DNA of 64,000 nt. It comes from an uncultured Pseudomonadota bacterium (GTDB lineage: Bacteria; Myxococcota_A; UBA796; SXON01). The stretch covers positions 35,269-99,268 of the forward strand of contig CAIUMM010000121.1 of NCBI GenBank assembly GCA_903900265.1, read 5' to 3'. Made by a program: the position numbers and the translations under genes. Shown piece by piece: positions 37,340 through 46,309 of the stretch. Within the stretch, counting starts at the first letter, position 1, and each line of letters opens with the position of its first letter. The notes beneath the pieces are model-generated. The model was not told the DNA's origin, searched no databases, and worked only from the letters and a program-made list of their open reading frames with translations.

Positions 37340-39267
37340 ACGACCCAACGCCAACAGTCCCGGATCTCTCCGGTGGGCGAGATCTCGAAGGGATGCACGG
37401 CGCGCACCTCAGCGGGACACTGGTGGTACAGATCCTTGATCTGATGCCGGTGCAACGCCGGGGTCTCCCACGTGGCGATCCAGTTGTCGATGTCTTCCCA
37501 CTGCAGGAACTCTTCGGTGGTCAGACCGACAAAGCCGGCGCCGGCGAGCAGGCTGCGCATGTCTTCGTCGTACAGGTTGTTCACAAACAACGGCTGCTTT
37601 TTCTTGACGACCTGGAACATCCACGGACCATCGATCGCCGAGAACGGCACCCACTGGCCGACCACAAACTGGCCGCCGGGCTTGATGACGCGGAAGATCT
37701 CGGAGAGCGGGCGCTCGGGCTGCGGCAACAGGTGCAGCACCTCGCGGTTGCACACGCCGTCGAAGCTGTTGTCCGGGAACGGGATGTCGTACACATCGCC
37801 TTGAACCACTTCATCCAGACGGGTGCGCGCGAGCGCCGCCATCTCAGGGGTCAGGTCCAAACCGATGATCTTGCCGACCTTGCCGCGGAACGAGTTTCCG
37901 ACCACGCCGCTGCCGCAGCAGACGTCGAGGATGACGGCGTCCTTCGACATCACCGAGGATCCACCGTGCAAGCCGAGCAGCCCGGCGTTGGTGATCCAAT
38001 CGGCCGAAGCGTGCCAGTTCTTGGAGCGGATGCCGAACTGTTGGCGGTAAATGTCCTTGTCGACGAGGTGCTCGACACGCTCGTAGCGCGCGCGCTCGCT
38101 CGCCCGACGAGAGGCGAGCCGGGCCCGACCGGCTTCGATCGCCCGACCGACGATCGCCGAGGCTTCCACCGGGTTGGAGCGCAGCCAGCTGGCGAGGCCG
38201 CCGGCCAACACATGCTCGACCGCGGCGCCCGCAGCGTCATCCAACAAGCGGGTCTTGGTCTGGCCTTCGAAGTGCGGATCGCGCATCCGAACCGAGAGCA
38301 CCGCGACGAGGCCCTCCATCGCGTCGGTGCTGCCGAGCGGCTCGGTGGGGTCGATGAGCTTCTGCTCCAACGCGAAGCGCGCGAGCTGGTGCCCGACCGC
38401 GGCGCGCAGGCCGTCCAGATGAGCGCCGCCGAGCGCGGTGTGCACGTGGTTGACGTAGCACTGCACGTCTTCAGCGAACGCGCGGGTCCAGAGCAGCGCG
38501 GCCTCGACGGTCACGCCGGACTCTTCGCCCTGAATGACCAGCGCCTGAGCGTGAACCAGCTCTTCGTCGTCGGCCATCCAGCGCACAAAGCCGCCGATGC
38601 CTTCATCCGAGGAGAAGCGCACGGTCTGACCCGCGCGGGACAACGCACACTGCAGCCCGCCGGTGAGCCAGCTCTGCGCGCGGAGCCAGGCCTCAACGGC
38701 GTCGACATCGACGCGCGCGGCGCCAAAGATCGTGGGATCGGGCGTAAACCGCACCGTCGTGCCCGAGCCGCTCGCGTCGGCGACGCGATGGAAGGCTTCG
38801 GACTGCTCGCCGCGCACCCAAGCGCCGCGCCAGCGTCCGCCGTCCCGGGACACTTCAAGCTCAAAGCGCTCGGAGAGCGCGTTGACACAGGTGAGTCCGA
38901 CGCCGTGCATGCCGCCGGGCAGGCGGTAGGCGCCGTCGCGGAACTTGCCGCCGGCGTGCAAGGTGGTCACGACCACCTCGGCCGCGGGGCGACCATCGGC
39001 CAAGGGTTCCACGGGGATGCCGCCGCCGTCGTCCGCGATCGTCCAGGTGCCGTCTGCGTCGACGGTGACGTCGATGCGGTGGGCACGACCGGAGAGCGCC
39101 TCGTCGAGCGAGTTCTGCAGCACTTCAACGACGAGCTGCATCACACCGGCGGCGCCGGTAGAGCCGACGTACATCGCCGGGCGGAGGCGCACGGCCTGCA
39201 GCCCTTCGAGGACGACGATGCTGCTGGCGTTGTAGGTAGAACCAGAATTCTGAGTCGTATCGCTCAC
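37315..39267 (-). CDS. GyrB-type GHKL ATPase + transducer domain fused to class I SAM-dependent methyltransferase (no TOPRIM)
   Basis: The N-terminal ~400 aa are colinear with the window's own gyrB: LEGLQAVRLRPAMYVGSTG, EVLQNSLDE, DDGGGIP, TTLHAGGKF, GMHGVGLTCVNALS, FEGQTKTRL. The C-terminal ~220 aa carry ILDVCCGSGVVG (motif I) and IKPGGQFVV. GTG 39267 follows GGAGGA and overlaps the upstream stop (GTGA). The track ORF start (39630) is over-extended. Confidence 0.8.
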   Translation of the reverse strand: MSDTTQNSGSTYNASSIVVLEGLQAVRLRPAMYVGSTGAAGVMQLVVEVLQNSLDEALSGRAHRIDVTVDADGTWTIADDGGGIPVEPLADGRPAAEVVVTTLHAGGKFRDGAYRLPGGMHGVGLTCVNALSERFELEVSRDGGRWRGAWVRGEQSEAFHRVADASGSGTTVRFTPDPTIFGAARVDVDAVEAWLRAQSWLTGGLQCALSRAGQTVRFSSDEGIGGFVRWMADDEELVHAQALVIQGEESGVTVEAALLWTRAFAEDVQCYVNHVHTALGGAHLDGLRAAVGHQLARFALEQKLIDPTEPLGSTDAMEGLVAVLSVRMRDPHFEGQTKTRLLDDAAGAAVEHVLAGGLASWLRSNPVEASAIVGRAIEAGRARLASRRASERARYERVEHLVDKDIYRQQFGIRSKNWHASADWITNAGLLGLHGGSSVMSKDAVILDVCCGSGVVGNSFRGKVGKIIGLDLTPEMAALARTRLDEVVQGDVYDIPFPDNSFDGVCNREVLHLLPQPERPLSEIFRVIKPGGQFVVGQWVPFSAIDGPWMFQVVKKKQPLFVNNLYDEDMRSLLAGAGFVGLTTEEFLQWEDIDNWIATWETPALHRHQIKDLYHQCPAEVRAVHPFEISPTGEIRDCWRWVVYSCFKPA

Positions 39268-39746
39268 TTGCTTCCTCCGTCGCTTTCTGCCGAACGGAGC
39301 CCCGCGAGCAAGCTCGAGAGCCGCGCCGCGTGCGCAGCCCGCAGCCGGCCCTGACTGGCGAACCAGCTGGAAATATCCGCAAAACCTTCGTTCATCGCCG
39401 TGCGCGAGCGAGACTGCTCGGCCTCGGCATCCCGGGCGTAGAACGCCGCGAGCGCCGTGACGTTCAATCGTGAGTCGCCGATCGCCTTGCCGGTCAGCGG
39501 CTCCCGTGCCCGCATCAGCAGGTCGAGCGTGCCGCGCGCGTTGATCGCGTGCTGCTCGCCGATCTCGCGAAGCGCCCGGGCAAGCTCGGGCTCTCCTTCG
39601 ATCTCGGCGATGCGCGCGAAGTACCCGCACTCCACACCGGCGACGGACTCGTCGCGCAGCGCAGTCTCAAGCTGCTCACACGTGAGCGTCTCCTGAAGCG
39701 CAGGTTGAACATACCGACCTGCAGCTCGTTCGATTTTTTGGCTCAT
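39264..39746 (-). CDS. rubrerythrin/ferritin-like four-helix-bundle protein (no rubredoxin domain)
   Basis: Two rubrerythrin-like half-repeats: ECGYFARIAEIEGEPELARALREIGEQHA and AAFYARDAEAEQSRSRTAMNEGFADISSWF......AAHAARL. Confidence 0.55.
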   Translation of the reverse strand: MSQKIERAAGRYVQPALQETLTCEQLETALRDESVAGVECGYFARIAEIEGEPELARALREIGEQHAINARGTLDLLMRAREPLTGKAIGDSRLNVTALAAFYARDAEAEQSRSRTAMNEGFADISSWFASQGRLRAAHAARLSSLLAGLRSAESDGGSK

Positions 39747-39765
39747 TAGATTTCAGCGCGCCCTT

Positions 39766-41385
39766 TCAGACCTGAACCATGAATTCGCCGGAGCGCACGC
39801 GGGTCAAGGTGACCCCCGGGCCCGCAGGCTTCAGACCGCGGAACGCTTCGGTGCCCGGAGCAGGCACGCCACCGGCAGACGCGAACTCCGCGCGCCACGC
39901 AGTGGTGGGTTCGGGATCGTAGTACGCGAAGTGCTCGGGGAAGTGCTTGAAGTCCATGACCGGGCCTTCCTGGTAGCTGTCGTACAGGCGCTTGTAGGCG
40001 CTGCGCATGACATGGTCCGGGAGCTCGTTGTAGTTCAGGTACTCGTCACGCTCCAGCGCCTGCTCGACGGAGAGCCAACGGAGATGCTGGACTTCGTCCT
40101 GGATGCGGCCGGACGCCACGCCCTGGTGGTACACGGTGGTGCCGGGCATCGCGGACAGGTACTTCACGCGGGTGATGTGGCGATTCTCTTCGGCCCACTT
40201 GCACATGTGGTCGAGGCTCTCCTCGGTCTCGCCGGGGAGGCCGACGATGGTGAGGCCGCCGTAGCGGATGCCGCCTTCCGCCGAGTGCTTCATCGCCTTC
40301 ATGACGATGTTCTCGGTGCTGCCCTTGCGGGCTTCCTTCAACGCGGCGGGCGTGAGCGACTCCACGCCGTAGAGCGCGATGTCGCAGCCGGCTTCGCCCA
40401 TCGCTTTGGTGATCTCAAGATCGACGTCGGCGTTGCGGGTCAGGCAGGTCCAGCCGATGTCGAACTCCTTGATGACGTCGAGGTATTCGAGGGTCTGCTT
40501 CTTGTGCGCGGTGAACGTGAGGTCGACGAAGAACGCGAACTCGATGTTGTACTGCGACTTGAGCCAGGTGAGCTCGCTGTGCAGCTTCTGGGGCGACTTG
40601 ACCCGCTCCTGAGGCGTGGTGCGGTAGCAGAAGGAGCAGTCCATCTTGCAGCCACGCGAGTAGCTGGTGATGATCTGAGGCTGCAAACCACGGGGATCTT
40701 TGGACTGGGGCCAAAGGTCGAGCCGCATGTTCGGCAAGGAGTTCAAGTTGGGCATCTGGCCGCGCGGCGGCGTGCTGTGTACGCCGCCCTTGGCGTCTTT
40801 GTACCAGATGCCGTTGATCTGCGGCAGGCGGGTGTCCCACGCGCCTGTGGCGTAGGCTTCCATCACCTCGAGGATGGTCAGCTCGCCTTCGGAGATGACC
40901 GCGACGTCGGCGCGCGTCTCGCGCATGAACACGTGCGGCACGGAGGTGACGAGCGAGCCGCCGAGGATGACCGGCATGTTCGGGCGCGCGTTCTTGCACT
41001 CGCGGATGAGGTCTTCTACGAACGGGTAGTTGTCCTCAAAGGTAGCGATACCGAGCACGTCGGTACCTTCCATGATCTGGTCGTAGGCCGACTGCAGCGG
41101 CGTGGGGTCGTAGCGCACGTCGATGATGCGCACCGGGAACCCGGCGTTGATCAGCACGGTGGCGATGTAGGTGAGGCCCTCGTACGGGGAGGTCAGGAAG
41201 AACTCCCAGCCACGCGGCATCGTGAACGGAGACGGTCCGCAGACCAACGTGACGCGAGGAAGCCCCGAATTCGTGGCCGAGACCGGCGTGACCGACTGCT
41301 GAGCCATCTGATCCATCAGCTGCTGATCGGTGTTCGTGCCGGCAGTGATGTAAAGGCTGGGGTCCAGAGAGGGTGTGTACGCCAT
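39766..41385 (-). CDS. B12-binding-domain radical SAM enzyme
   Basis: Cluster motif YSRGCKMDCSFCYRT and an N-terminal B12-binding-like Rossmann region (VTLVCGPSP...IIDVRYDP...PVILGGSLVT). ATG 41385 sits 5 nt after AGGAG. Confidence 0.85.
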   Translation of the reverse strand: MAYTPSLDPSLYITAGTNTDQQLMDQMAQQSVTPVSATNSGLPRVTLVCGPSPFTMPRGWEFFLTSPYEGLTYIATVLINAGFPVRIIDVRYDPTPLQSAYDQIMEGTDVLGIATFEDNYPFVEDLIRECKNARPNMPVILGGSLVTSVPHVFMRETRADVAVISEGELTILEVMEAYATGAWDTRLPQINGIWYKDAKGGVHSTPPRGQMPNLNSLPNMRLDLWPQSKDPRGLQPQIITSYSRGCKMDCSFCYRTTPQERVKSPQKLHSELTWLKSQYNIEFAFFVDLTFTAHKKQTLEYLDVIKEFDIGWTCLTRNADVDLEITKAMGEAGCDIALYGVESLTPAALKEARKGSTENIVMKAMKHSAEGGIRYGGLTIVGLPGETEESLDHMCKWAEENRHITRVKYLSAMPGTTVYHQGVASGRIQDEVQHLRWLSVEQALERDEYLNYNELPDHVMRSAYKRLYDSYQEGPVMDFKHFPEHFAYYDPEPTTAWRAEFASAGGVPAPGTEAFRGLKPAGPGVTLTRVRSGEFMVQV

Positions 41386-41450
41386 GACGACTCCTAAGGG
41401 ATGGGGACGGTAACCGAGACGCGCGCGCAGCTCAGACACGTAGAGACGCT

Positions 41451-41479
41451 ACACTACCGGAAGCCACCGCGATGGTCAA
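41451..41479 (-). promoter_or_regulatory. candidate sigma70-type promoter for the radical SAM operon
   Basis: The minus strand reads TTGACC-N17-TAGTGT about 65 nt upstream of the ATG at 41385. Pattern match only. Confidence 0.3.
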
Positions 41480-41594
41480 CGGGGAACACACAGACAGACT
41501 GAGAGAAATTGGGCCCAAGCGCGCGACGGCGCCGTCTTTCACGCAAACGTCACCGAACGACGAAGCAGCCCGGCGAGAAGAACGCAGAGGAAGC

Positions 41595-43139
41595 CTACCC
41601 TGCGACGCCAAGGCGCTGGCCGATGAGCGTCGCCATCGCCATCGTCGTCAGCGACGGATTGACGCCCAGCGACGTCGGAAAAATCGAGCTGTCCGCGACA
41701 AACAGTCCGCCGAGACCGTGACACTCTCCCGTCGGCCCTAGCACACTCTGAAGCGGATCCCGCCCCATCCGGCACGAGGACATCGGATGCGAGGAATAAA
41801 GCACAAAGTCCTGAATCGTAAGCGGCGCCAACGCGTCCCGCAGCTGCTCTGCGGACGTGTAGCTGCCTGTCCCGTGCACTGGCGCGAAAACCTCGCGCGC
41901 GCCGCCCTCCAGCAACACACGCGCGGTGTGAAACATCCCCGTCTTGATGCGTTCTACGTCCGAGTACGCGAAGTCATAGGCGATCCGAGCCCGTCCATCC
42001 CCCCACGCGCGCACCGAGCCCGAGCCTGTGTCACTCACCATCACCACACAGCCACACAGGTGCTTCAACCTTGACAACGCAGCCTTTGTGTCCTGGCCGG
42101 TCACCATCAACATCGCCAACAACGCTTCCGGTGGCGCCGAGAACGTGTGTGGCAGCACGCCGTGCATGTCAGGTGGGTGAAAGTATGCCGCTTGCGTAGC
42201 GCCTTTCCACAGCATGACCTCGTGATCGCACCAGCCCAACACCGCGTTTCCCGGATGCAGGTGCAGGCCCTCTCCAAGCGCAGGACCCAGCGTGTCCGCC
42301 AACCCTGCATGGTGCAGCAACCTCGGCGTGCCAATGCCGCCCGCTGCGATGATCACCCGGTCCGCTTTGCAGGTGTACCGACCGCCCGGTTCGTTGGTGT
42401 CCGGGTGGGACATCAACCCCGAAACTCCACAAGCGCGGCCATTTTCGACGAGGATCCGATCGACGCGGACCTCGGCTTGGATGCGGGTGCCTCGGCCCGC
42501 GGCATCGGCGAGCAGGTTGGTGTCTACGCTCGCTTTCCCGCCCGACGGACACCCGTAGTAGCAGACACCGCAGCCGGTACAGCCCGGCGTGGCGCGCTCC
42601 AAATACCCGCCTTCATAGCCCAGAGCGTTCGCGCCACGGACGATCAGCGTGTTGTTCTCACCGGCGATGTCGAGGCGCGGCGTCGCGATGCCGAGCATCG
42701 CCCACAGCATGTCGTAGGCGGGGGACATCGCCGCGGAGGAGAACGCGTCGGAGCCGATCGCCTCGGTCCACCCATCGAGCACCGACGCGGGCGCGCGCCA
42801 CGCGATCGCGCTGTTGATGATCGAGCCGCCACCGAGCCCCCGGCCGGCGGCGATGGGGATCGGCGGCGAGGTCAGCGCGACCATCGCGCCCCCCTCTTGC
42901 TGGTGGTAGCGCATCGCCGGACCAAAGTGCCGCTCGTAGCGACGACGCGACGGCCCTTCTTCCACCACCACGACGCTGGCCCCGGCGAGCGCGAGCGCGC
43001 GCGCTGCAGCCGCTCCCCCAGGACCCGCGCCCACAATCACCACATCCGCGCGCTCTTCGCGATCCGCGGTGGAGAAGCCAGCGGCCTCGGGAGGCGCAAG
43101 GCGCAGCGGCCCGCTCGAAGCATCCCAATCACCCGGCAT
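41595..43139 (-). CDS. GMC-family FAD-dependent oxidoreductase
   Basis: ADVVIVGAGPGGAAAARALALAGASVVVVEEG dinucleotide fold, a GGGSIINS segment, a C-terminal GMC-like ....HPMSSCRMG motif and LFVADSSIFPTSLGVNP. Confidence 0.8.
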   Translation of the reverse strand: MPGDWDASSGPLRLAPPEAAGFSTADREERADVVIVGAGPGGAAAARALALAGASVVVVEEGPSRRRYERHFGPAMRYHQQEGGAMVALTSPPIPIAAGRGLGGGSIINSAIAWRAPASVLDGWTEAIGSDAFSSAAMSPAYDMLWAMLGIATPRLDIAGENNTLIVRGANALGYEGGYLERATPGCTGCGVCYYGCPSGGKASVDTNLLADAAGRGTRIQAEVRVDRILVENGRACGVSGLMSHPDTNEPGGRYTCKADRVIIAAGGIGTPRLLHHAGLADTLGPALGEGLHLHPGNAVLGWCDHEVMLWKGATQAAYFHPPDMHGVLPHTFSAPPEALLAMLMVTGQDTKAALSRLKHLCGCVVMVSDTGSGSVRAWGDGRARIAYDFAYSDVERIKTGMFHTARVLLEGGAREVFAPVHGTGSYTSAEQLRDALAPLTIQDFVLYSSHPMSSCRMGRDPLQSVLGPTGECHGLGGLFVADSSIFPTSLGVNPSLTTMAMATLIGQRLGVAG

Positions 43140-43671
43140 GGCCAAAACCTCCGGGCTCGCTACCGAACCCACATCCAAACTGTGCGGCAATGACCGGAGA
43201 GACCTCCGGGTGCGCGAGGTACGCCATGCTCACGAACACATGCAGCGATTGGGCGATGCCGCGGAGGTTGGTGTCGCTGGAGACGAGCCAGCCACGCAGC
43301 AACGCGCCCACGCCCTCCGGCCCAAGCTCCGACAGGGTCGCACCGGCCTGAGCATAGGCAAGGGTGTTCAAGCCATGCAGCGAGAGGCGAAAAAGATCGC
43401 GTTGGGTAGGGATCATTCCCCCCAACAACGCATCGAGGTACCGCCCGACCTTGGCCTCGCGCCCCGAGAGCGCGGGCTCGCCGCCGGCCGGAAAGACCGC
43501 TTCGGCGATCGCGTCGAACACGGCGACCTCGTCCACCGACAGATGCCGCAGCGGGGCGTCCGGTGGTTGCTCCCACCAGCTGTAGACGACGCCCGCCGCG
43601 GACGCTGCGCCCGCCAGGGCCACAATGGCCCCGACAGCGAGCAGATGCCTACGGCGTAGCATCATCGTCAC
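43129..43671 (-). CDS. Tat-signal small subunit, gluconate 2-dehydrogenase subunit-3-like
   Basis: Twin-arginine leader MLRRRHLLAVGAIVALAGAASA. Its ~180 aa size and position directly upstream of, and overlapping, a GMC oxidoreductase match the known pairing. Confidence 0.6.
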   Translation of the reverse strand: MTMMLRRRHLLAVGAIVALAGAASAAGVVYSWWEQPPDAPLRHLSVDEVAVFDAIAEAVFPAGGEPALSGREAKVGRYLDALLGGMIPTQRDLFRLSLHGLNTLAYAQAGATLSELGPEGVGALLRGWLVSSDTNLRGIAQSLHVFVSMAYLAHPEVSPVIAAQFGCGFGSEPGGFGHAG

Positions 43672-43686
43672 CGCCCTCCGCTCCGC

Positions 43687-44544
43687 TCACTCCTCCGCGG
43701 AGGATTCCTCGCGACGGTAGATCTCGACGCGCTTCTCCGGGCCTTCGCCCAGCGAGCGCGACGCAACGCCGCTGACGTTGGCCACCTCGGTGTGCACGAG
43801 ACGACGCTCGTAGCTGTTCAGCTCGCGGCGGATCACTTCGGGTTCGCCGGTGTCCGCCACCTTGTTTGCGAGCTTGAGAGCGAGCTCCTTCAGGCGCTGC
43901 TCGTTGGAGCCACGATCCCCACGGTCGTCCCGACGCGGGCCGCGATCATCGCGACGCGGGCCACGGTCATCCCGACGCGGGCCACGATCATCGCGACGCG
44001 GGCCGTCGTTCCGGTAACCGCCGCGGTCGCCGCCGCGATCGCTACCGCGATCACCGCCGCGATCATCGCCGCGATCATCGCCGCGGGGACGGTCGTCGCC
44101 GTCCCCTTCGGGACGCGCCACATCGATGCGGAATTGAATGCCGGGGTGCTTCGGACCGATCGCGGTCTCCATCAGGTACTGCACGGCGCGCAGGGTGCTG
44201 CCGCCGCGACCCACCAGATGCCGACCGGCCTCCCCCACGTCGACCCAGGTCAGCACGGTGTCATCGCGCCGCTCGGCGCGCACGGTGCCCTGGCGACCCA
44301 TGGTGCTCAAAAGGCCCGACATCCACGCTTCCGCGTCCATCGACGCCGCGATGTCCCCAGGATCCTTGGCCCACGCGAAGATCTTGACGGTCTCCGCGCC
44401 GGTGGTGCCGGCGTTGCGAAAGTGGGCCATGTCCAGCTTGTGCTGCACGAGGTTGACCGGAACGCCGAGCGAAGCCGCAGCGGCCTCAATGGCAAGCTTC
44501 AAGCTCCGCCCTTCGGCGACGACATGGGAATCAGGGATGCTCAT
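43687..44544 (-). CDS. jag: Jag/KhpB RNA-binding protein (Jag_N, KH, R3H) with inserted Arg/Asp/Gly repeat
   Basis: Position after yidC and a C-terminal R3H context LNSYERRLVHTEVANVSGVASRSLGEGPEKRVEI. The central region is DRGGDRG...(GPRRDDR)x4. Confidence 0.8.
   Translation of the reverse strand: MSIPDSHVVAEGRSLKLAIEAAAASLGVPVNLVQHKLDMAHFRNAGTTGAETVKIFAWAKDPGDIAASMDAEAWMSGLLSTMGRQGTVRAERRDDTVLTWVDVGEAGRHLVGRGGSTLRAVQYLMETAIGPKHPGIQFRIDVARPEGDGDDRPRGDDRGDDRGGDRGSDRGGDRGGYRNDGPRRDDRGPRRDDRGPRRDDRGPRRDDRGDRGSNEQRLKELALKLANKVADTGEPEVIRRELNSYERRLVHTEVANVSGVASRSLGEGPEKRVEIYRREESSAEE
43924..44007 (-). repeat. 21-bp tandem repeat x4 encoding (GPRRDDR)4
   Basis: Units at 43924-44, 43945-65, 43966-86 and 43987-44007 differ by 1-3 nt. 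In frame inside jag. Confidence 0.9.
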
Positions 44545-46309
44545 TAGACAACTCCGTGGGAGGGGAAACAGGAGGAGTGGCGGCCGCGTTTCCGCGCGTG
44601 TTGTACCACTGCTGAAGGATGCTTAGGAACGTGTTGATCACGTAGTATACCGACAAACCCGAAGGGTAGCTGAACATCAGGAACCCGAAGAACAGCGGCA
44701 TGAATTTCAGCATCTGGGCTTGATTCGGGTCCATGCCGGTGGTGGGCATGAACTGCTGCTGTACGTACATGCCGGCGATGATCAACACCGCGAGGACGCC
44801 GTACGGATCCTGCATGGACAGGTCCTGCAAATACAGGAAGTGCGCGCCGAACAGATCGGGGCTCGCGTTCAAACCGGCGACGAGCGCGAAGAACACGGGG
44901 ATCTGGAACACCATCGGAAGGCAGCCGCCAAGCGGGTTGACGCCGGCTTCCTGAAAGAGCTTCATCGTCTCTTGCGACTGACGCTCTTTGTCGTCCTTGT
45001 ACTTCTCCTGCAGCTCTTTGACGCGAGGCTGCACCGCCTGCATCGCTTTGCCGCTGCGGAAGGCCCGCGCCGCGAGCGGGTACAAGGAAGCGCGCACGAG
45101 GAAGGTGAGCGCGATGATCGAAAGGCCCCAGCTGGGGATCACGCTGCGGAACAGCTGCAACGTGAACAGGATGATCCGAGCAAAGAACCCGAATACACCG
45201 AGGCTCACGGCCTGATCCAGCCCGCCGCCGACCTCCGAAACCCGCTCGAACTTCTTGGCGCCGACGTACAAGCGAAAATTCGCGACGAGGGGCGCGGACG
45301 GATCGATGTTCTGGACATCGCTCACGTAGTAGACGCCCGCACGATGCTTGCCGGCCGCGGCTTCCTCAGCCGACGTGACGCCGGGCGCGAACCGAAGGCG
45401 CCCCGGTGAATCGTCCGCGGCGAGCAAGGCCGCGAGGAAGTAGCGATCCCCGATGCCAAACCATTGAGCTTTGCCGTCCGCTTCGGTGCCGCCGAACCAT
45501 CCGGTGTTCCCTTCATTCAGGGGCTTCGCAGCGAGCAGCTTGTCCGGCGCGGTAAGGCTGTTCAGCTTTCCGCCCGCGCTCCCTTCAAGGCGCGGGTGCA
45601 TGTCATAGGCACCGACCACCGGCGCGAGGCTGTCTTCTACGCCCACCCAGAACGGGCCGACGAGCGGGCGATCCGCTGACCACGTGACGGTGACCGTCGC
45701 GAGGTCCGGATCCTCGGTGGGACGTACGGTCTGCACCGTGGTCAAGCCGTCCTGCGTACGCGTCCATGTCAACGCGTCCCCGGAGCGGGTGACCACCGCT
45801 TGCTCAGCAGAGGCCGCCGAAAACTCGCCGCGACCAGCCGCCAAAAACGCACCGGTAGGGCTCAAGAGCCCCTCATGGTCGGCGGTTTTTACGTAGGGCT
45901 GCCAAGGCCCGGGATCGGCCCGACCCACCAGCGTAGCGGCCTTACCAAACGCCCAGGTCCACCACGGCGTAACGGTTACTGGAGCCGGCAAATCCGGAAG
46001 ATCCACGGTGCGAATCGCGCCGCAGTCTGACACGGACAGGGCGTACAACGCACTCTTCAGATCCTGACGGGAATCCGTGCACGGCACGCTGGGCGGGGGC
46101 GCCGCGACGACCGCAGGTTGAGCGGGCACCGCGCCGGCTTCCGTTCCCGAAGCGGCCGTCACCGGCGCGCCGTCCGTGGCGGCAGCGTCTACCGCAGGAT
46201 CGGGTTTGGGAGCGAAGAACTCACTCCACACAAAAAACACCGCCATGCACAACGCGAGCGCTACGAGCGTACGCTGCTCACTGTTGTCCTTCGGCTTGGA
46301 TTCGCTCAT
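44531..46309 (-). CDS. yidC: membrane protein insertase YidC
   Basis: N-terminal anchor, a large periplasmic domain, and a conserved C-terminal core (GLSIIALTFLVR..LYPL, NPLGGCLP...QIPVFFAL, YPSGLSVYYVINTFLSILQQ). ATGA overlap with yidD. Confidence 0.95.
   Translation of the reverse strand: MSESKPKDNSEQRTLVALALCMAVFFVWSEFFAPKPDPAVDAAATDGAPVTAASGTEAGAVPAQPAVVAAPPPSVPCTDSRQDLKSALYALSVSDCGAIRTVDLPDLPAPVTVTPWWTWAFGKAATLVGRADPGPWQPYVKTADHEGLLSPTGAFLAAGRGEFSAASAEQAVVTRSGDALTWTRTQDGLTTVQTVRPTEDPDLATVTVTWSADRPLVGPFWVGVEDSLAPVVGAYDMHPRLEGSAGGKLNSLTAPDKLLAAKPLNEGNTGWFGGTEADGKAQWFGIGDRYFLAALLAADDSPGRLRFAPGVTSAEEAAAGKHRAGVYYVSDVQNIDPSAPLVANFRLYVGAKKFERVSEVGGGLDQAVSLGVFGFFARIILFTLQLFRSVIPSWGLSIIALTFLVRASLYPLAARAFRSGKAMQAVQPRVKELQEKYKDDKERQSQETMKLFQEAGVNPLGGCLPMVFQIPVFFALVAGLNASPDLFGAHFLYLQDLSMQDPYGVLAVLIIAGMYVQQQFMPTTGMDPNQAQMLKFMPLFFGFLMFSYPSGLSVYYVINTFLSILQQWYNTRGNAAATPPVSPPTELSNEHP

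Noticed and set aside
37315-39267. The GyrB-like gene as a second, drug-resistant gyrase B subunit, as in aminocoumarin producers.
   Set aside because: It lacks the TOPRIM domain and the C-terminal GyrA-interaction region, so it cannot form a functional gyrase. A decoy or sequestration role remains a hypothesis under the main finding.
41524-41536. The perfect palindrome GACGGCGCCGTC as a terminator downstream of the GMC oxidoreductase gene.
   Set aside because: It has a zero-length loop and no U-tract on the minus (coding) strand. The T-run is only on the plus strand, where no gene ends.
41386-41594. A cobalamin riboswitch in the 209-nt leader of the B12-radical SAM operon.
   Set aside because: Reading the minus strand, I could not find a B12-box-like element (consensus core GCCACTG) or the flanking conserved stems. 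Only a candidate promoter is reported. A covariance-model scan (Rfam RF00174) would be decisive.
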